Shown in pieces: positions 29,286-39,403 of a stretch of DNA of 57,348 nucleotides. Under the pieces are notes generated by a model that saw only the letters and a program-made list of their open reading frames with translations, ran no database searches and was not told the origin of the DNA. This stretch comes from Flavobacteriales bacterium. Its GTDB lineage: Bacteria > Bacteroidota > Bacteroidia > Flavobacteriales > BACL11. How positions within the stretch are numbered: the stretch's first letter is position 1; each line of letters starts with the position of its first letter. The position numbers and the translations under genes are program-made. Where the stretch lies: contig DUAL01000305.1 in the NCBI GenBank assembly GCA_012960835.1, positions 1 through 57,348 on the forward strand, read 5' to 3'.

Positions 29286-29936
29286 ATGAAAAGAGTTGCT
29301 TTAATCGTAGCTGGTGGAAAAGGGGAGCGCATGAATACGAAAACCCCAAAACAGTTTTTATTACTGAATAGTTTACCCATTTTAATGCACACCTTAAATG
29401 CTTTTTCACATTTAGATAAAATTATTTTAGTGCTTCCACAAACTCAAATTGAAAATTGGAAAGCACTTTGTAAACAATATAATTTCTCTCTAAAACACAG
29501 TACAGTTGCAGGTGGAATAAATCGTTTTGGATCTGTAAAAAATGGTTTGAAAAAAGTGGATGATAATAGTATTGTTGCTATTCATGATGGGGTGCGACCA
29601 CTTGTTTCCGAACATCTAATTGACGAACTAATTTCTGTAACGAAAAAGGGGATTGGAGTTGTGCCGGTTGTATCGATAAAAGATTCTCTGCGAAAAGTAG
29701 ATGGGAATAGTAGCAAATCGGTAAGTAGAAGTAATTTGTATAAAGTGCAAACGCCACAATGCTTTTTTGCTAGCACCATTAAGGATGCCTACAAACAAAA
29801 TTTTTCACTCTTTTTTACAGATGATGCCTCTGTTTTGGAAAGTAATGGAGGAAAAATAAACACTACTTTAGGAGAAGAAAAAAACCTAAAAATTACTACT
29901 GAAGAGGATTTGAGGGTTGCTGAATTATTACGCTAA
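29286..29936 (+). CDS. ispD: 2-C-methyl-D-erythritol 4-phosphate cytidylyltransferase
   Basis: N-terminal VAGGKGERM...PKQF and an IspD-like length of 216 aa. Confidence 0.88.
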   Translation: MKRVALIVAGGKGERMNTKTPKQFLLLNSLPILMHTLNAFSHLDKIILVLPQTQIENWKALCKQYNFSLKHSTVAGGINRFGSVKNGLKKVDDNSIVAIHDGVRPLVSEHLIDELISVTKKGIGVVPVVSIKDSLRKVDGNSSKSVSRSNLYKVQTPQCFFASTIKDAYKQNFSLFFTDDASVLESNGGKINTTLGEEKNLKITTEEDLRVAELLR

Positions 29937-31061
29937 AACCTTAACAAAACTCCCCTCAATAATCTTCATGCCTTCCAAATGTTGAATTAAATTCACCCCA
30001 GGAATTTTTCCTTTTTCAAAGCTGCCTAATTTTTCAAAACCAAGGGCTTCTGCTCCATTTTTAGATGCTATTTTAAGCAGTATATTCATATCAAAATTAG
30101 AATTTTCTTGCACAACTAAAAGCTCTTCCAAAATAGAAAGGGAATTATTAGAAGCCAAACTATCCGTTCCAACACAAAGTTTATCAGTATCAAAAATGGA
30201 ATAGTCTGGCAAAGCATTTTCAATATACAAATTTGCTTTTGGGCAAGTACCGTAATAGTGTTCAGTTAAATCTTCTTTTTTAGCAAAGGTATTATGCACT
30301 AAAAGTATTTTTTTGTTTTCTAATTCTTGAAAAATATCAATTGATTTTTTTCTTGTTTGCCAAATTTCTTCACTTGCATTTACACCCTTTAGCCAATCAA
30401 AAAAAGCACCCTCCTTATTTTCAAAAAGCTGATTTTCCTCTTTTGTTTCTTGCATATGAATGGTGAGTAATTCATCTTTTTCATCAAAATGATTTACAAT
30501 TTCTTGTGCCAATTTTGGCGGCACTGAAAAAGGAGCGTGCGGCACAATGCTTGCTTTTTTCCCAATTGCTCTAAATTGATTTCTTATTTGTAAAGCATTC
30601 TTTATTGTGTCTCTAATTTTATCCTCATGCACCTGAAAAGTTTCAATAAAATTGTAGTAAGTTAAATTACTTTTCTGCTTTTGTAAAAGTGTATCAGTTG
30701 TATTACAAATATCTCCAACTCCAACTATTCCATTAGCAATCATTTGCTGTTCTGCTTTCTCAATTGCATACTGAATATCTTCTTTTTCAAACTCATTTCT
30801 TTGCTGAATAGCTCCTATAAAATCCAAAAAACCTTTCCCTTTTTCCGCAACTCCTTGTAAATGGCTCAGTTCCAAATGACAATGTGCATTTACAAATCCT
30901 GGACACAAAATCCCCTCAAAAACCTCCAATTGTTCTGGCGGAACTTCTGCTCTATTTTCAAGAATTGCGATAACTTCCCCCTTATCAGAAATTTGCAATA
31001 CCCCTTCTTTTATTGGGGCAATGTGCAATGGATATAAATAATCGGCCGTTAAAAATCGCAT
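29928..31061 (-). CDS. Amidohydrolase family protein (metal-dependent deaminase/hydrolase)
   Basis: Metal-binding HxH motif (FVNAHCHLELSHL) and a TIM-barrel hydrolase-like length. I prefer the start at 31061 (MRFLTADYLYP). The 78-codon upstream extension runs into rlmN. A -7 box sits just upstream of 31061. Confidence 0.75.
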   Translation of the reverse strand: MRFLTADYLYPLHIAPIKEGVLQISDKGEVIAILENRAEVPPEQLEVFEGILCPGFVNAHCHLELSHLQGVAEKGKGFLDFIGAIQQRNEFEKEDIQYAIEKAEQQMIANGIVGVGDICNTTDTLLQKQKSNLTYYNFIETFQVHEDKIRDTIKNALQIRNQFRAIGKKASIVPHAPFSVPPKLAQEIVNHFDEKDELLTIHMQETKEENQLFENKEGAFFDWLKGVNASEEIWQTRKKSIDIFQELENKKILLVHNTFAKKEDLTEHYYGTCPKANLYIENALPDYSIFDTDKLCVGTDSLASNNSLSILEELLVVQENSNFDMNILLKIASKNGAEALGFEKLGSFEKGKIPGVNLIQHLEGMKIIEGSFVKVLA

Positions 31062-31065
31062 AGCA

Positions 31066-31073
31066 CAAAAGTA
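31066..31073 (-). promoter_or_regulatory. -7 promoter box TACTTTTG upstream of the amidohydrolase gene
   Basis: Perfect TAnnTTTG on the minus strand, ending 4 nt before the ATG at 31061. Confidence 0.45.
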
Positions 31074-31088
31074 AGGAATCTGAATTAC

Positions 31089-31096
31089 TATCTTTG
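31089..31096 (+). promoter_or_regulatory. -7 promoter box TATCTTTG upstream of rlmN
   Basis: Perfect TAnnTTTG, ending 8 nt before the ATG at 31105. Confidence 0.45.
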
Positions 31097-31104
31097 CAAA
31101 CCAA

Positions 31105-32145
31105 ATGAAAGAAAAAATAGACATACGAAATATTAGTGTAGAAGACTTGTGTGCATTCTGTGCCGAGCATAAATTACCCAAATTTAGAGCAGGGCAAATT
31201 GAGGAGTGGTTGTGGAAAAAACGCGCTACTTCTTTTGATGAAATGACTTCTTTATCCAAAGATATGCGTAATTTGTTTGGGGAGCATTTTTGCATTAATC
31301 CTGTAAAAATTCACAAGGGAGAAAGAAGTATAGATGGCACTATCAAATACAGCTTACAGCTACACGATAAATTATTGGTTGAGGGGGTTTTAATTCCTTC
31401 CAAAAAGAGAATAACTGCTTGCATTTCTTCACAAGTTGGTTGCAGTTTAGATTGTGCATTTTGTGCTACTGGGACATTAAAATTAGAAAGAAATTTAACT
31501 GCTGCCGAAATATATGACCAAGTTTTCATCCTAAATGAAGAGTCCGTTTCTAACTTTGGCAAATCACTGTCTAATATTGTGTATATGGGGATGGGTGAGC
31601 CACTCTTGAACTACAACAATATGTTGGAGAGTATCCGCCTTATCACCACTGAAAAAGGAATGGGAATGTCGCCAAAAAGGATTACTGTTTCTACCGCAGG
31701 AATTGCTAAAATGATAATGAAACTAGCAGATGACAAGGTAAGGTTTAACTTGGCTATTTCCCTTCATAGTTCAAATGATGAAACAAGGAGCAAGCTTATG
31801 AGTTTAAATGATTCCGTTCCTTTGCAAGAACTTAGAGATGCCATTCGATATTTTTATGATGAGACTAATAGCAGAATTACCTATGAATATATACTCTTTA
31901 AAGGAATTAATGATAATGTGAATGACGCAAAGGGTTTGGCTAATTTTTGCAAAGTAAGCCCTTGTAAAATTAACTTAATTGAATACAATACAGTGGATGA
32001 TTTCCCTTATGAAAAATCGACTAATAAAGTCACTGAAAACTTTATATCTTATCTAGAAGAAAAGAACTTGATTGTAAATTTAAGAAAAAGCAAAGGCAAA
32101 GATATTAATGCTGCTTGTGGGCAATTAGTAAACAAACTCCAATAA
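31105..32145 (+). CDS. rlmN: 23S rRNA (adenine2503-C2)-methyltransferase, radical SAM
   Basis: Radical-SAM CxxxCxxC motif (CSLDCAFCATG), GMGEPLLN, and the C-terminal AACGQL. Confidence 0.93.
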   Translation: MKEKIDIRNISVEDLCAFCAEHKLPKFRAGQIEEWLWKKRATSFDEMTSLSKDMRNLFGEHFCINPVKIHKGERSIDGTIKYSLQLHDKLLVEGVLIPSKKRITACISSQVGCSLDCAFCATGTLKLERNLTAAEIYDQVFILNEESVSNFGKSLSNIVYMGMGEPLLNYNNMLESIRLITTEKGMGMSPKRITVSTAGIAKMIMKLADDKVRFNLAISLHSSNDETRSKLMSLNDSVPLQELRDAIRYFYDETNSRITYEYILFKGINDNVNDAKGLANFCKVSPCKINLIEYNTVDDFPYEKSTNKVTENFISYLEEKNLIVNLRKSKGKDINAACGQLVNKLQ

Positions 32146-32220
32146 CTTTTTAACAAGCGAATTTTTTCAGAAGATTAGCACGAACTTCTTTGTATATTCG
32201 CTTTCAATCTTTTTGGTAAT

Positions 32221-33195
32221 TTGAGTACGATAAACGAAATAAAATCTCCTATCAAACAAGAGATGCTTCTTTTTGAAAAAAAGTTTAAGGCATCCCTTAA
32301 TAGCAAAGTTCCTTTGCTCGATAAAATAATGCATTACATCATCAAGCGAAAAGGAAAGCAGATGCGTCCAATGTTTGTTTTTCTGTCAGCCAAACTTTGT
32401 GGAAAAGTAACAGAAAGCACCTATATCTCGGCATCCTTAATTGAGCTTTTGCATACGGCAACCCTGGTGCATGATGATGTAGTAGATGAAGCTAATATCA
32501 GAAGGGGTTTTTTCTCTATCAATGCGCTTTGGAAAAATAAAATTGCTGTTTTGGTAGGTGATTTTTTATTATCAAAGGGTCTGCTTTTAGCAGTAGAAAA
32601 TAATGAATTTGAACTGTTAAAAATAATGAGTAATGCAGTAAAAGACATGAGCGAAGGGGAGCTTTTACAAATTGAAAAAACAAGAAAATTAGATATTGAA
32701 GAATCCGTTTATTTTGAAATTATAAGGCAAAAAACAGCCACCTTAATTGCGGCTTGTTGTGCTTGCGGAGCAAGCTCTGCTACCAAAGATGTAGCAACTA
32801 TAAAAAAGCTACATCTTTTTGGAGAAATGGCAGGAATTGCTTTTCAAATAAAAGATGATTTGTTTGATTATTCGCATAATCCGATTATTGGCAAGCCAAC
32901 CGGTATTGACATAAGAGAACAAAAAATGACTCTACCCTTGATTTACACTTTAAGCATAAGTGATAACCCGCAGAAAAAGATGATAATTAATACCATAAAA
33001 AACCACAATAAGGATACGGATAAAGTAGCAGGCATAATTGAATTAGTAAAAAGTAGTGGTGGCTTGAATTATGCTACTAAAAAAATGAATGAATACCACC
33101 AAAATGCACTAAATATTTTGGAGGAATTTGAAGATGGAGAAGCAAAAAAGGCACTAAAACAAATGATTGATTTTGTAATACATAGAAAACAATGA
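32221..33195 (+). CDS. ispB: Polyprenyl diphosphate synthase (trans-IPPS, IspB-like)
   Basis: First and second Asp-rich motifs (LVHDDVVDE; FQIKDDLFD). The start is TTG. Product chain length cannot be judged from sequence. Confidence 0.8.
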   Translation: MSTINEIKSPIKQEMLLFEKKFKASLNSKVPLLDKIMHYIIKRKGKQMRPMFVFLSAKLCGKVTESTYISASLIELLHTATLVHDDVVDEANIRRGFFSINALWKNKIAVLVGDFLLSKGLLLAVENNEFELLKIMSNAVKDMSEGELLQIEKTRKLDIEESVYFEIIRQKTATLIAACCACGASSATKDVATIKKLHLFGEMAGIAFQIKDDLFDYSHNPIIGKPTGIDIREQKMTLPLIYTLSISDNPQKKMIINTIKNHNKDTDKVAGIIELVKSSGGLNYATKKMNEYHQNALNILEEFEDGEAKKALKQMIDFVIHRKQ

Positions 33196-35075
33196 TTCCG
33201 AAAGAAACTATTGATAAAATATTTGAAGCGGCTCGAATTGAGGAAGTGGTAAGTGGCTTTGTACAACTTAAAAAAAGAGGCGCTAATTTTATTGGACATT
33301 GCCCTTTTCATGATGAAAAAACACCTTCCTTTACGGTATCGGCCTCCAAAGGGATTTACAAATGTTTTGGATGTGGGAAGGGAGGGAATTCTGTAAGTTT
33401 TGTGATGGAACATGAACATTATTCTTATCCTGAGGCTTTAAAATATTTGGCGGAAAAATATAGCATTGAAGTGGCGGAAAAAGAGTTAACTCCTGAGCAA
33501 AACATAAGAGCAAACGACAGGGATAGTTTGTATGTAATTAGCTCCTTTGCCAATAAATTTTTCCAACAGCAGCTATGGGAAAGGGAGGAAGGAAAAATCG
33601 TAGGATTAAGCTATTATAAAGAAAGAGGATTTACGGAAGAAACCATCAAGAAATTTCAGTTAGGGTATAGCCCAAAACAAAAAGATGCCCTCAGCAAAGA
33701 AGCTATAAAATCCTCATTTCAGCAAAAATATTTGGAAGATTCTGGTTTGTCCATTATTAAAAATAAATCTGCTTTGGATAGATTCAGAGAAAGAATGATG
33801 TTTCCTATTCATAGTTTTTCTGGTAGGGTTTTAGGCTTTGGTGGTCGCACTTTACAAAAAGATAATAAAGCAAAATATGTCAATTCGCCTGAGAGTTTGA
33901 TATACCTTAAAAGTAAAATTTTATACGGTATTTACTTTGCTAAACAACACATCAGTAAACAAAACAACTGCTTTATTGTGGAGGGATATACGGATGTAAT
34001 TTCCCTTCATCAAGCAGGGGTTGAAAATGTAGTTTCCTCATCAGGCACCTCCCTTACATCCGAGCAAATAAAATTGATCAACCGTTTTACAAAAAACATT
34101 ACCATTCTTTTTGATGGAGATGCTGCTGGACTGAAAGCCTCTTTTAGAAGTATTGACATGATATTGGCAGAAGGCATGAATGTAAAAGTGGTTTTATTCC
34201 CTGACGGAGAAGATCCGGACTCTTTTGCACAAAAGTGTAGTCAGGAAGAATTGATAAATTATTTGGAGGAAAACCAAAAAGATTTTATTACTTTTAAAAC
34301 AAATATATTAAGTAAAGATACAAATGAAGATCCGGCAAAAAGAGTAGAAATGATAAAAGATATCGCTTCCTCTATTGCGCAAATTCCTGATGATATCGGT
34401 AGATCAGAATACATAAAAGAGTGCAGCCGAATGCTGAGGGTAAAAGAATTGGATTTAGCAAAAGAGGTAAGCGCACAAAAGAATAAACGAATAAGCCCTT
34501 TCCCAGCAAAAAGTGAGAATGCAAGCAATTTTGAAGAAAAAGAAATTCCTACTTCAAAAATGAACAAAGAGGAAAAAGAAATTATTCGACTATTGCTCAA
34601 TTATGGAAATAAGAATATGAAAGAAGAAGATCAAAAAATTAGTATTGCGTCTTTTATTATTCAGGAGTTAGAGGTAGATAATATTAGTTTTGAAAACGAG
34701 CAATACCAATCTATATTAGGTGAAATATCTGCTCATGTAAAAGAGGATGGAGAAATAAATTTAAATTATTTTACCCTACATCAAAACCCTTCTATAAGCA
34801 AATTGGCTATCGATTTGATAAGCAAAAAACATAGTTTGAGCGAAAATTGGAAATCACGACACCGAATACTAACTGGCTCGGAAGAAGATAAATTTCGAAA
34901 AGCAGTAGAAAGCTCTATTTATGCTTTAAAATTAAAACATTTGGACACCAAACTAGGAGATATTCAATTACAGTTAAAAGAAAATCCTGATGATGAGCGA
35001 TTTACAAAAGCTTATGCCAAATATTTACAAACCAGAAGACAAATTGCGGAAAAATTAGGAAGAACCATGTGCTAA
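33192..35075 (+). CDS. dnaG: DNA primase
   Basis: Zinc finger CPFHDEKTPSFTVS...YKCFGCGKGG, Toprim motif EGYTDV, and DGDAAG. Confidence 0.95.
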   Translation: MIPKETIDKIFEAARIEEVVSGFVQLKKRGANFIGHCPFHDEKTPSFTVSASKGIYKCFGCGKGGNSVSFVMEHEHYSYPEALKYLAEKYSIEVAEKELTPEQNIRANDRDSLYVISSFANKFFQQQLWEREEGKIVGLSYYKERGFTEETIKKFQLGYSPKQKDALSKEAIKSSFQQKYLEDSGLSIIKNKSALDRFRERMMFPIHSFSGRVLGFGGRTLQKDNKAKYVNSPESLIYLKSKILYGIYFAKQHISKQNNCFIVEGYTDVISLHQAGVENVVSSSGTSLTSEQIKLINRFTKNITILFDGDAAGLKASFRSIDMILAEGMNVKVVLFPDGEDPDSFAQKCSQEELINYLEENQKDFITFKTNILSKDTNEDPAKRVEMIKDIASSIAQIPDDIGRSEYIKECSRMLRVKELDLAKEVSAQKNKRISPFPAKSENASNFEEKEIPTSKMNKEEKEIIRLLLNYGNKNMKEEDQKISIASFIIQELEVDNISFENEQYQSILGEISAHVKEDGEINLNYFTLHQNPSISKLAIDLISKKHSLSENWKSRHRILTGSEEDKFRKAVESSIYALKLKHLDTKLGDIQLQLKENPDDERFTKAYAKYLQTRRQIAEKLGRTMC

Positions 35076-36763
35076 TTACTTTTTATATCCCTTAGTTTTA
35101 ATTGCAAATTTTTCCTGCCATTCCAATCATTTTCATCAATAGAATAACAAATATCAAATATTTGTCCATCTTTTATTTTTTTAAAATGATGGGCTAATCC
35201 AAATCCAATACTGCTTATTGAATTTCTGCTATTTTCATTTGTAATATTTAACCGTAAATGGGTTTTATCCGCTCCAACCGCTCTGCCATAACCACTATCT
35301 TTTACTGCTTTGGTAATAAAAATTGGCGTGCGATTTTGTGGCCCGAAAGGTGCAAATTGTTGAATAAGTCTAAATAATTTATCGCCAATATCATGCAAAT
35401 CAAGTTCCATATCAATAGTAACCTCTGGGGTTAATTGTTCCTCTGTAATTGTATCAGAAACAGCCCTCTCAAAAGCATCTATAAAATCTTGTAGCTTTTC
35501 CTTTTTAAGGGTGAGTCCGGCAGCATACATATGTCCACCAAATTTCTCTAAATATTTTTCGCATTGCAATAAAGCATTATACAAATCAAACCCTTTAACC
35601 GAACGAGCAGAACCCGTTAGTTCCCCATTCTTTTCTGCCAAAACAACAGTTGGCTTATAATATGTTTCGATAAGACGAGATGCTGCAATTCCCACTACTC
35701 CTTTATGCCAATCTTGACTATAAACCACAGTAGATTTTTTACTGTCATCAATCATACTAAGAGCTTGTTTTGTAATGTCCTGATCAAGCCCTCTTCTTGT
35801 TTTGTTTAACCGCTCTATTTCCTGCGCTAATTTAGCCGCTTTAAAAGAATCCATTTCTATTAACAATGCCACTGCTTTTTTACCTTGCTCAATTCTGCCA
35901 GCTGCATTTATGCGTGGCGCTATCCCAAAAACAATATCTGAAATTGTCCATTTTCCTTTTCTGTTTGCTACATCCATTAATACCTTTAAACCCACTCTTG
36001 GATTTTTGTTTATCTGCTCTAATCCAAAAAATGAAAATGCTCTGTTTTCATCAATCATGGGGACAATATCGGCAGCAATACTTACCACTAACAAATCAAA
36101 AAGAGGAGTAATTTCTTCAAAAGGAATATTATTTTTTTCACTAAACGCTTGAATTAGTTTAAACCCTACTCCACATCCTGAAAGTTCCTTGAAGGGATAG
36201 TTGCAATCTTTTTGTTTAGGATTTAAAATAGCAACCGCATTTGGAATTTCCTCTGCTGGATTATGGTGGTCGCAAATAATGAAATCAACCCCTTTATCAT
36301 TGGCATAATTTATTTGATTTACTGCTCTTATTCCGCAATCAAGCACTATGATTAGTGTGTAATTATGCTCTTTTGCATAATCAATTCCTTGCAGTGAAAT
36401 TCCGTATCCTTCCGTATATCTGTCAGGTATATAATAGTCAAGATTTTCAGTAAGAGTAGCAAGAAAAGTATATAGCATTGCTACTGATGTTGTCCCATCC
36501 ACATCATAATCTCCATACACTAAAATTTTCTCATTATTTGCAATTGCAGATTGTATCCTCTCGACTGCTTTTTGCATATCCTTCATCAAAAAAGGATTGT
36601 GAAATTGCGAAAAATCTGGTCGAAAAAACTGCTTTGCCTCATCAAAAGTAGTTACCCCCCTTATCACTAATAGATGAGCGATCGACCTACTAACACCTAA
36701 ACTTTCAGCTAAATCATTTACGATTTTGTTATCTGTTTCTTTTATTTTCCACTTTTTTTGCAT
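35072..36763 (-). CDS. recJ: Single-stranded-DNA-specific exonuclease RecJ
   Basis: DHH-family motifs GDYDVDGTTS, LDCGI and CDHHNP, plus a DHHA1-like GGHMYAAG. Confidence 0.93.
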   Translation of the reverse strand: MQKKWKIKETDNKIVNDLAESLGVSRSIAHLLVIRGVTTFDEAKQFFRPDFSQFHNPFLMKDMQKAVERIQSAIANNEKILVYGDYDVDGTTSVAMLYTFLATLTENLDYYIPDRYTEGYGISLQGIDYAKEHNYTLIIVLDCGIRAVNQINYANDKGVDFIICDHHNPAEEIPNAVAILNPKQKDCNYPFKELSGCGVGFKLIQAFSEKNNIPFEEITPLFDLLVVSIAADIVPMIDENRAFSFFGLEQINKNPRVGLKVLMDVANRKGKWTISDIVFGIAPRINAAGRIEQGKKAVALLIEMDSFKAAKLAQEIERLNKTRRGLDQDITKQALSMIDDSKKSTVVYSQDWHKGVVGIAASRLIETYYKPTVVLAEKNGELTGSARSVKGFDLYNALLQCEKYLEKFGGHMYAAGLTLKKEKLQDFIDAFERAVSDTITEEQLTPEVTIDMELDLHDIGDKLFRLIQQFAPFGPQNRTPIFITKAVKDSGYGRAVGADKTHLRLNITNENSRNSISSIGFGLAHHFKKIKDGQIFDICYSIDENDWNGRKNLQLKLRDIKSN

Positions 36764-37820
36764 TGGTATTACGCATTATTTTTGTTTGTGTAAGAATTGA
36801 ATATTTATGAATAAGTTCAAAAATTTCCGCTATCATTTTTTCATCCATTATAAAATCAATCGCATCTTTTTTTCGGTATCTTAATATCTCAAACCACCTT
36901 TCCAACTGGAAAATCGTGATTTTATTTTGCTGTTTAAAATGGGCAATTTGCTCGACTATCTTTTTTCTGTCCGACAAAATACTTACAATCTGCCTGTCTA
37001 AAATATCAATTTTTTCTCTGAATTCTTTTAGTTTAATATTTAAAAAATAATCATCTAGTTTTGTTTTTCTGAGCACCAAATCATTCATTATTTGATATAA
37101 TTTATTCGGTGTGATTTGTTGTTTTGCATCACTTAAAGCCTCCTTAGGATTGTAATGGGTTTCTATCATCAGCCCATTCAAATTTAAATCCATGGCCGTT
37201 TGTGAAACTTCTTCTATAATCTGGCTATCACCAGCAATATGGCTAGGGTCACAAATAATAGGAATCTCGGGCAATTGTTCTCTTAATTTTATCGGCATTT
37301 CCCATTTCGGATCATTCCTGAATGCAGCATCTTCATAGGAGAAAAAACCCCTATGGATAGCTGCAAGCTTCTTAATCCCAACTTTATTTAATCGCTCCAA
37401 AGCGCCCAACCACAAACTTAATTCGGGATGGATAGGATTTTTTACAAAAACGGGGATGTTTACTCCCTTTAAAGCTTCTGCAATTTCTTGCACATAAAAA
37501 GGATTTACAGTAGTTCTGGCTCCAATCCAAAGCATGTCAATTCCTGCATTTAAACAAAGTTCTACATGTTGTGGTGTAGCAATCTCAGTAGCAATTTTAA
37601 GTCCTGTTTCTTTTTGGATTTTTTTTAGCCATTGTATTCCTTTCTCTCCTACCCCTTCAAAGGAATTAGGCTTTGTTCTTGGCTTCCAAATTCCAGCTCT
37701 GAAAACATCAGCAATCTCTTTTATTGAATGAGCTGTTTCCAAAAGTTGCTCTTCCGATTCTGCACTGCAAGGTCCAGCAATCAAATATGGCTTTTTATGT
37801 ATAAATTTATCTATTTCCAT
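36729..37820 (-). CDS. Bifunctional 3-deoxy-7-phosphoheptulonate (DAHP) synthase / chorismate mutase
   Basis: Type I-beta DAHPS/KDO8PS-like core (GIWKPRTKPNSFEG, ICDPSHIAG) followed by a helical chorismate-mutase-like C-terminus (REKIDILDRQIVSILSDRKKI). Confidence 0.82.
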   Translation of the reverse strand: MEIDKFIHKKPYLIAGPCSAESEEQLLETAHSIKEIADVFRAGIWKPRTKPNSFEGVGEKGIQWLKKIQKETGLKIATEIATPQHVELCLNAGIDMLWIGARTTVNPFYVQEIAEALKGVNIPVFVKNPIHPELSLWLGALERLNKVGIKKLAAIHRGFFSYEDAAFRNDPKWEMPIKLREQLPEIPIICDPSHIAGDSQIIEEVSQTAMDLNLNGLMIETHYNPKEALSDAKQQITPNKLYQIMNDLVLRKTKLDDYFLNIKLKEFREKIDILDRQIVSILSDRKKIVEQIAHFKQQNKITIFQLERWFEILRYRKKDAIDFIMDEKMIAEIFELIHKYSILTQTKIMRNTNAKKVENKRNR

Positions 37821-38488
37821 TTCTTCCCTTCTACAACAATTACAAATTCTCCTTTTGGTTTTTTCTCTTGGAAATAATGTAAAACATCATTCATAGATCC
37901 TCTTTTAGTTTCTTCATACATTTTTGTTAATTCTCTTGAAACAGAAACTAATCTTTCTTCTCCAAAGAAGTCACAAAACTGTATTAGTGTTTTTACAATT
38001 CTGTGTGGCGATTCATAAAAAACCATGGTTCTTTCTTCATCTGCAAGAAGCTTCAATCTTGTTTGTCTTCCTTTTTTTACGGGGAGAAACCCTTCAAAAA
38101 TAAATTTTTCTAATGGCAAACCAGAAATTACCAAAGCCGGAACAAATGCAGTTGCCCCTGGCAAACATTCTACTTTAATTTCTCGTTTTAAACACTCGCG
38201 AACCAATAAAAATCCTGGATCAGAAATTCCGGGAGTTCCTGCATCAGAGATTAAAGCAATGGTTTCTCCCTCTTTTAATTTAGCTATCCATTTATTAAGG
38301 GTTTTATGTTCGTTATGCTGATGAAAAGAAAATATTGGGGTTTGCACTTTAAAATGATTTAATAGCTTTTTGCTTGTCCGAGTGTCCTCAGCTAATATCA
38401 AGTCTACTTCTTTCAAAAGGAGAATAGCTCTTAAAGTTATGTCCTCTAAGTTCCCAATTGGGGTTGGTATAATTACTAATTTTGACAT
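37811..38488 (-). CDS. rsmI: 16S rRNA (cytidine1402-2'-O)-methyltransferase
   Basis: LVIIPTPIGNLEDIT, AEDTR and SDAGTPGISDPG motifs. Confidence 0.92.
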   Translation of the reverse strand: MSKLVIIPTPIGNLEDITLRAILLLKEVDLILAEDTRTSKKLLNHFKVQTPIFSFHQHNEHKTLNKWIAKLKEGETIALISDAGTPGISDPGFLLVRECLKREIKVECLPGATAFVPALVISGLPLEKFIFEGFLPVKKGRQTRLKLLADEERTMVFYESPHRIVKTLIQFCDFFGEERLVSVSRELTKMYEETKRGSMNDVLHYFQEKKPKGEFVIVVEGKKWK

Positions 38489-38497
38489 CCTACAAAT

Positions 38498-39382
38498 TTA
38501 TAGGAATAATGGATAAAACTCTAACTTTGGACTAATTCTTATTGTAGGTGCCGGAAAATGAAAATAATTGAGCCAATGTTTTATTTTTTTGGCAGTTGGC
38601 GATTTCCACCCTTTTAGGAGTTTAGGAATATCATAATCTAATGCTATATAAAATTCATTTTTTCCCCCAGTTTTAGTTCCTTTTACTAAATATTGTGTTT
38701 CATCTAAACCAAACCCAATGGCAATATTTAGCCAATCAGGAAATTTATTATTAAAATAATTCAAATTGGCAGAAAGCCAATAAGTTTGGTTTACATAATC
38801 GTCTTGCCAAGCATTTTTATGAGGTGTCTTCCCTCTTTGCTTTTCTAAATCCCAATAAGTATTATGCCGTTTCCAATAGGAAAGTTTTACATCAAAAGCT
38901 GTTAGTGTTGGTGAATAATACTTGGCAACTGGCAAAAAAGATCCAGCTGAACCAATGGCTAAATCCCATTTGCTAAAACCCCAGTAAGGGGCATAAGCAT
39001 CCTTCATTTCAATGGCTAACTGTAAGCCCGAACCAAATACCCCCCCATACCAAAGAGCTTGTTTTTTACTCATCCCTGCCCAACGCATGGAGCCAGAAAA
39101 TACATCAGCTGCCTGTAATCCTCCCATAAAATGACCTGTCTTATCTACATTTAAAGCATAAACCTTATCGCTTCCGTCATCAAAATGGAAGCCTTGTTGT
39201 TTTTCATTCCACCAAGAATTTTCGATATATAAATAAGAGCCTCCTAATGCTACTGCCAAACTACTACTTACCAAAATTATTCTTCCTTTTTTTATAGAAT
39301 CATTACCAAAAGATTGCTTGGCATTGGTAAAAAATACATTCAGCAGAAAAAGAAAAAAGAAAAACAAAGACTTTATTTTCAT
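38498..39382 (-). CDS. Hypothetical secreted/outer-membrane protein (possibly DUF2279 family)
   Basis: Signal peptide, aromatic-rich sequence, and C-terminal aromatic residues. The DUF2279 assignment is a tentative recollection (FHFDDGSDK...DKTGHF). Confidence 0.5.
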   Translation of the reverse strand: MKIKSLFFFFLFLLNVFFTNAKQSFGNDSIKKGRIILVSSSLAVALGGSYLYIENSWWNEKQQGFHFDDGSDKVYALNVDKTGHFMGGLQAADVFSGSMRWAGMSKKQALWYGGVFGSGLQLAIEMKDAYAPYWGFSKWDLAIGSAGSFLPVAKYYSPTLTAFDVKLSYWKRHNTYWDLEKQRGKTPHKNAWQDDYVNQTYWLSANLNYFNNKFPDWLNIAIGFGLDETQYLVKGTKTGGKNEFYIALDYDIPKLLKGWKSPTAKKIKHWLNYFHFPAPTIRISPKLEFYPLFL

Positions 39383-39403
39383 ATGATATGCAATTGCTTT
39401 TTA

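Noticed and set aside
31062-31295. 78-codon N-terminal extension of the amidohydrolase ORF, which overlaps the rlmN start
   Set aside because: The family-like N-terminus begins at MRFLTADYLYP (31061). The extension is hydrophobic and low-complexity, crosses the divergent promoter gap, and overlaps rlmN. A perfect -7 box lies immediately upstream of 31061.
32146-32190. Possible terminator hairpin after rlmN (GAAG...CTTC)
   Set aside because: The stem is only 4 bp, the loop is long, and there is no clear T-run. It is indistinguishable from chance in AT-rich DNA.
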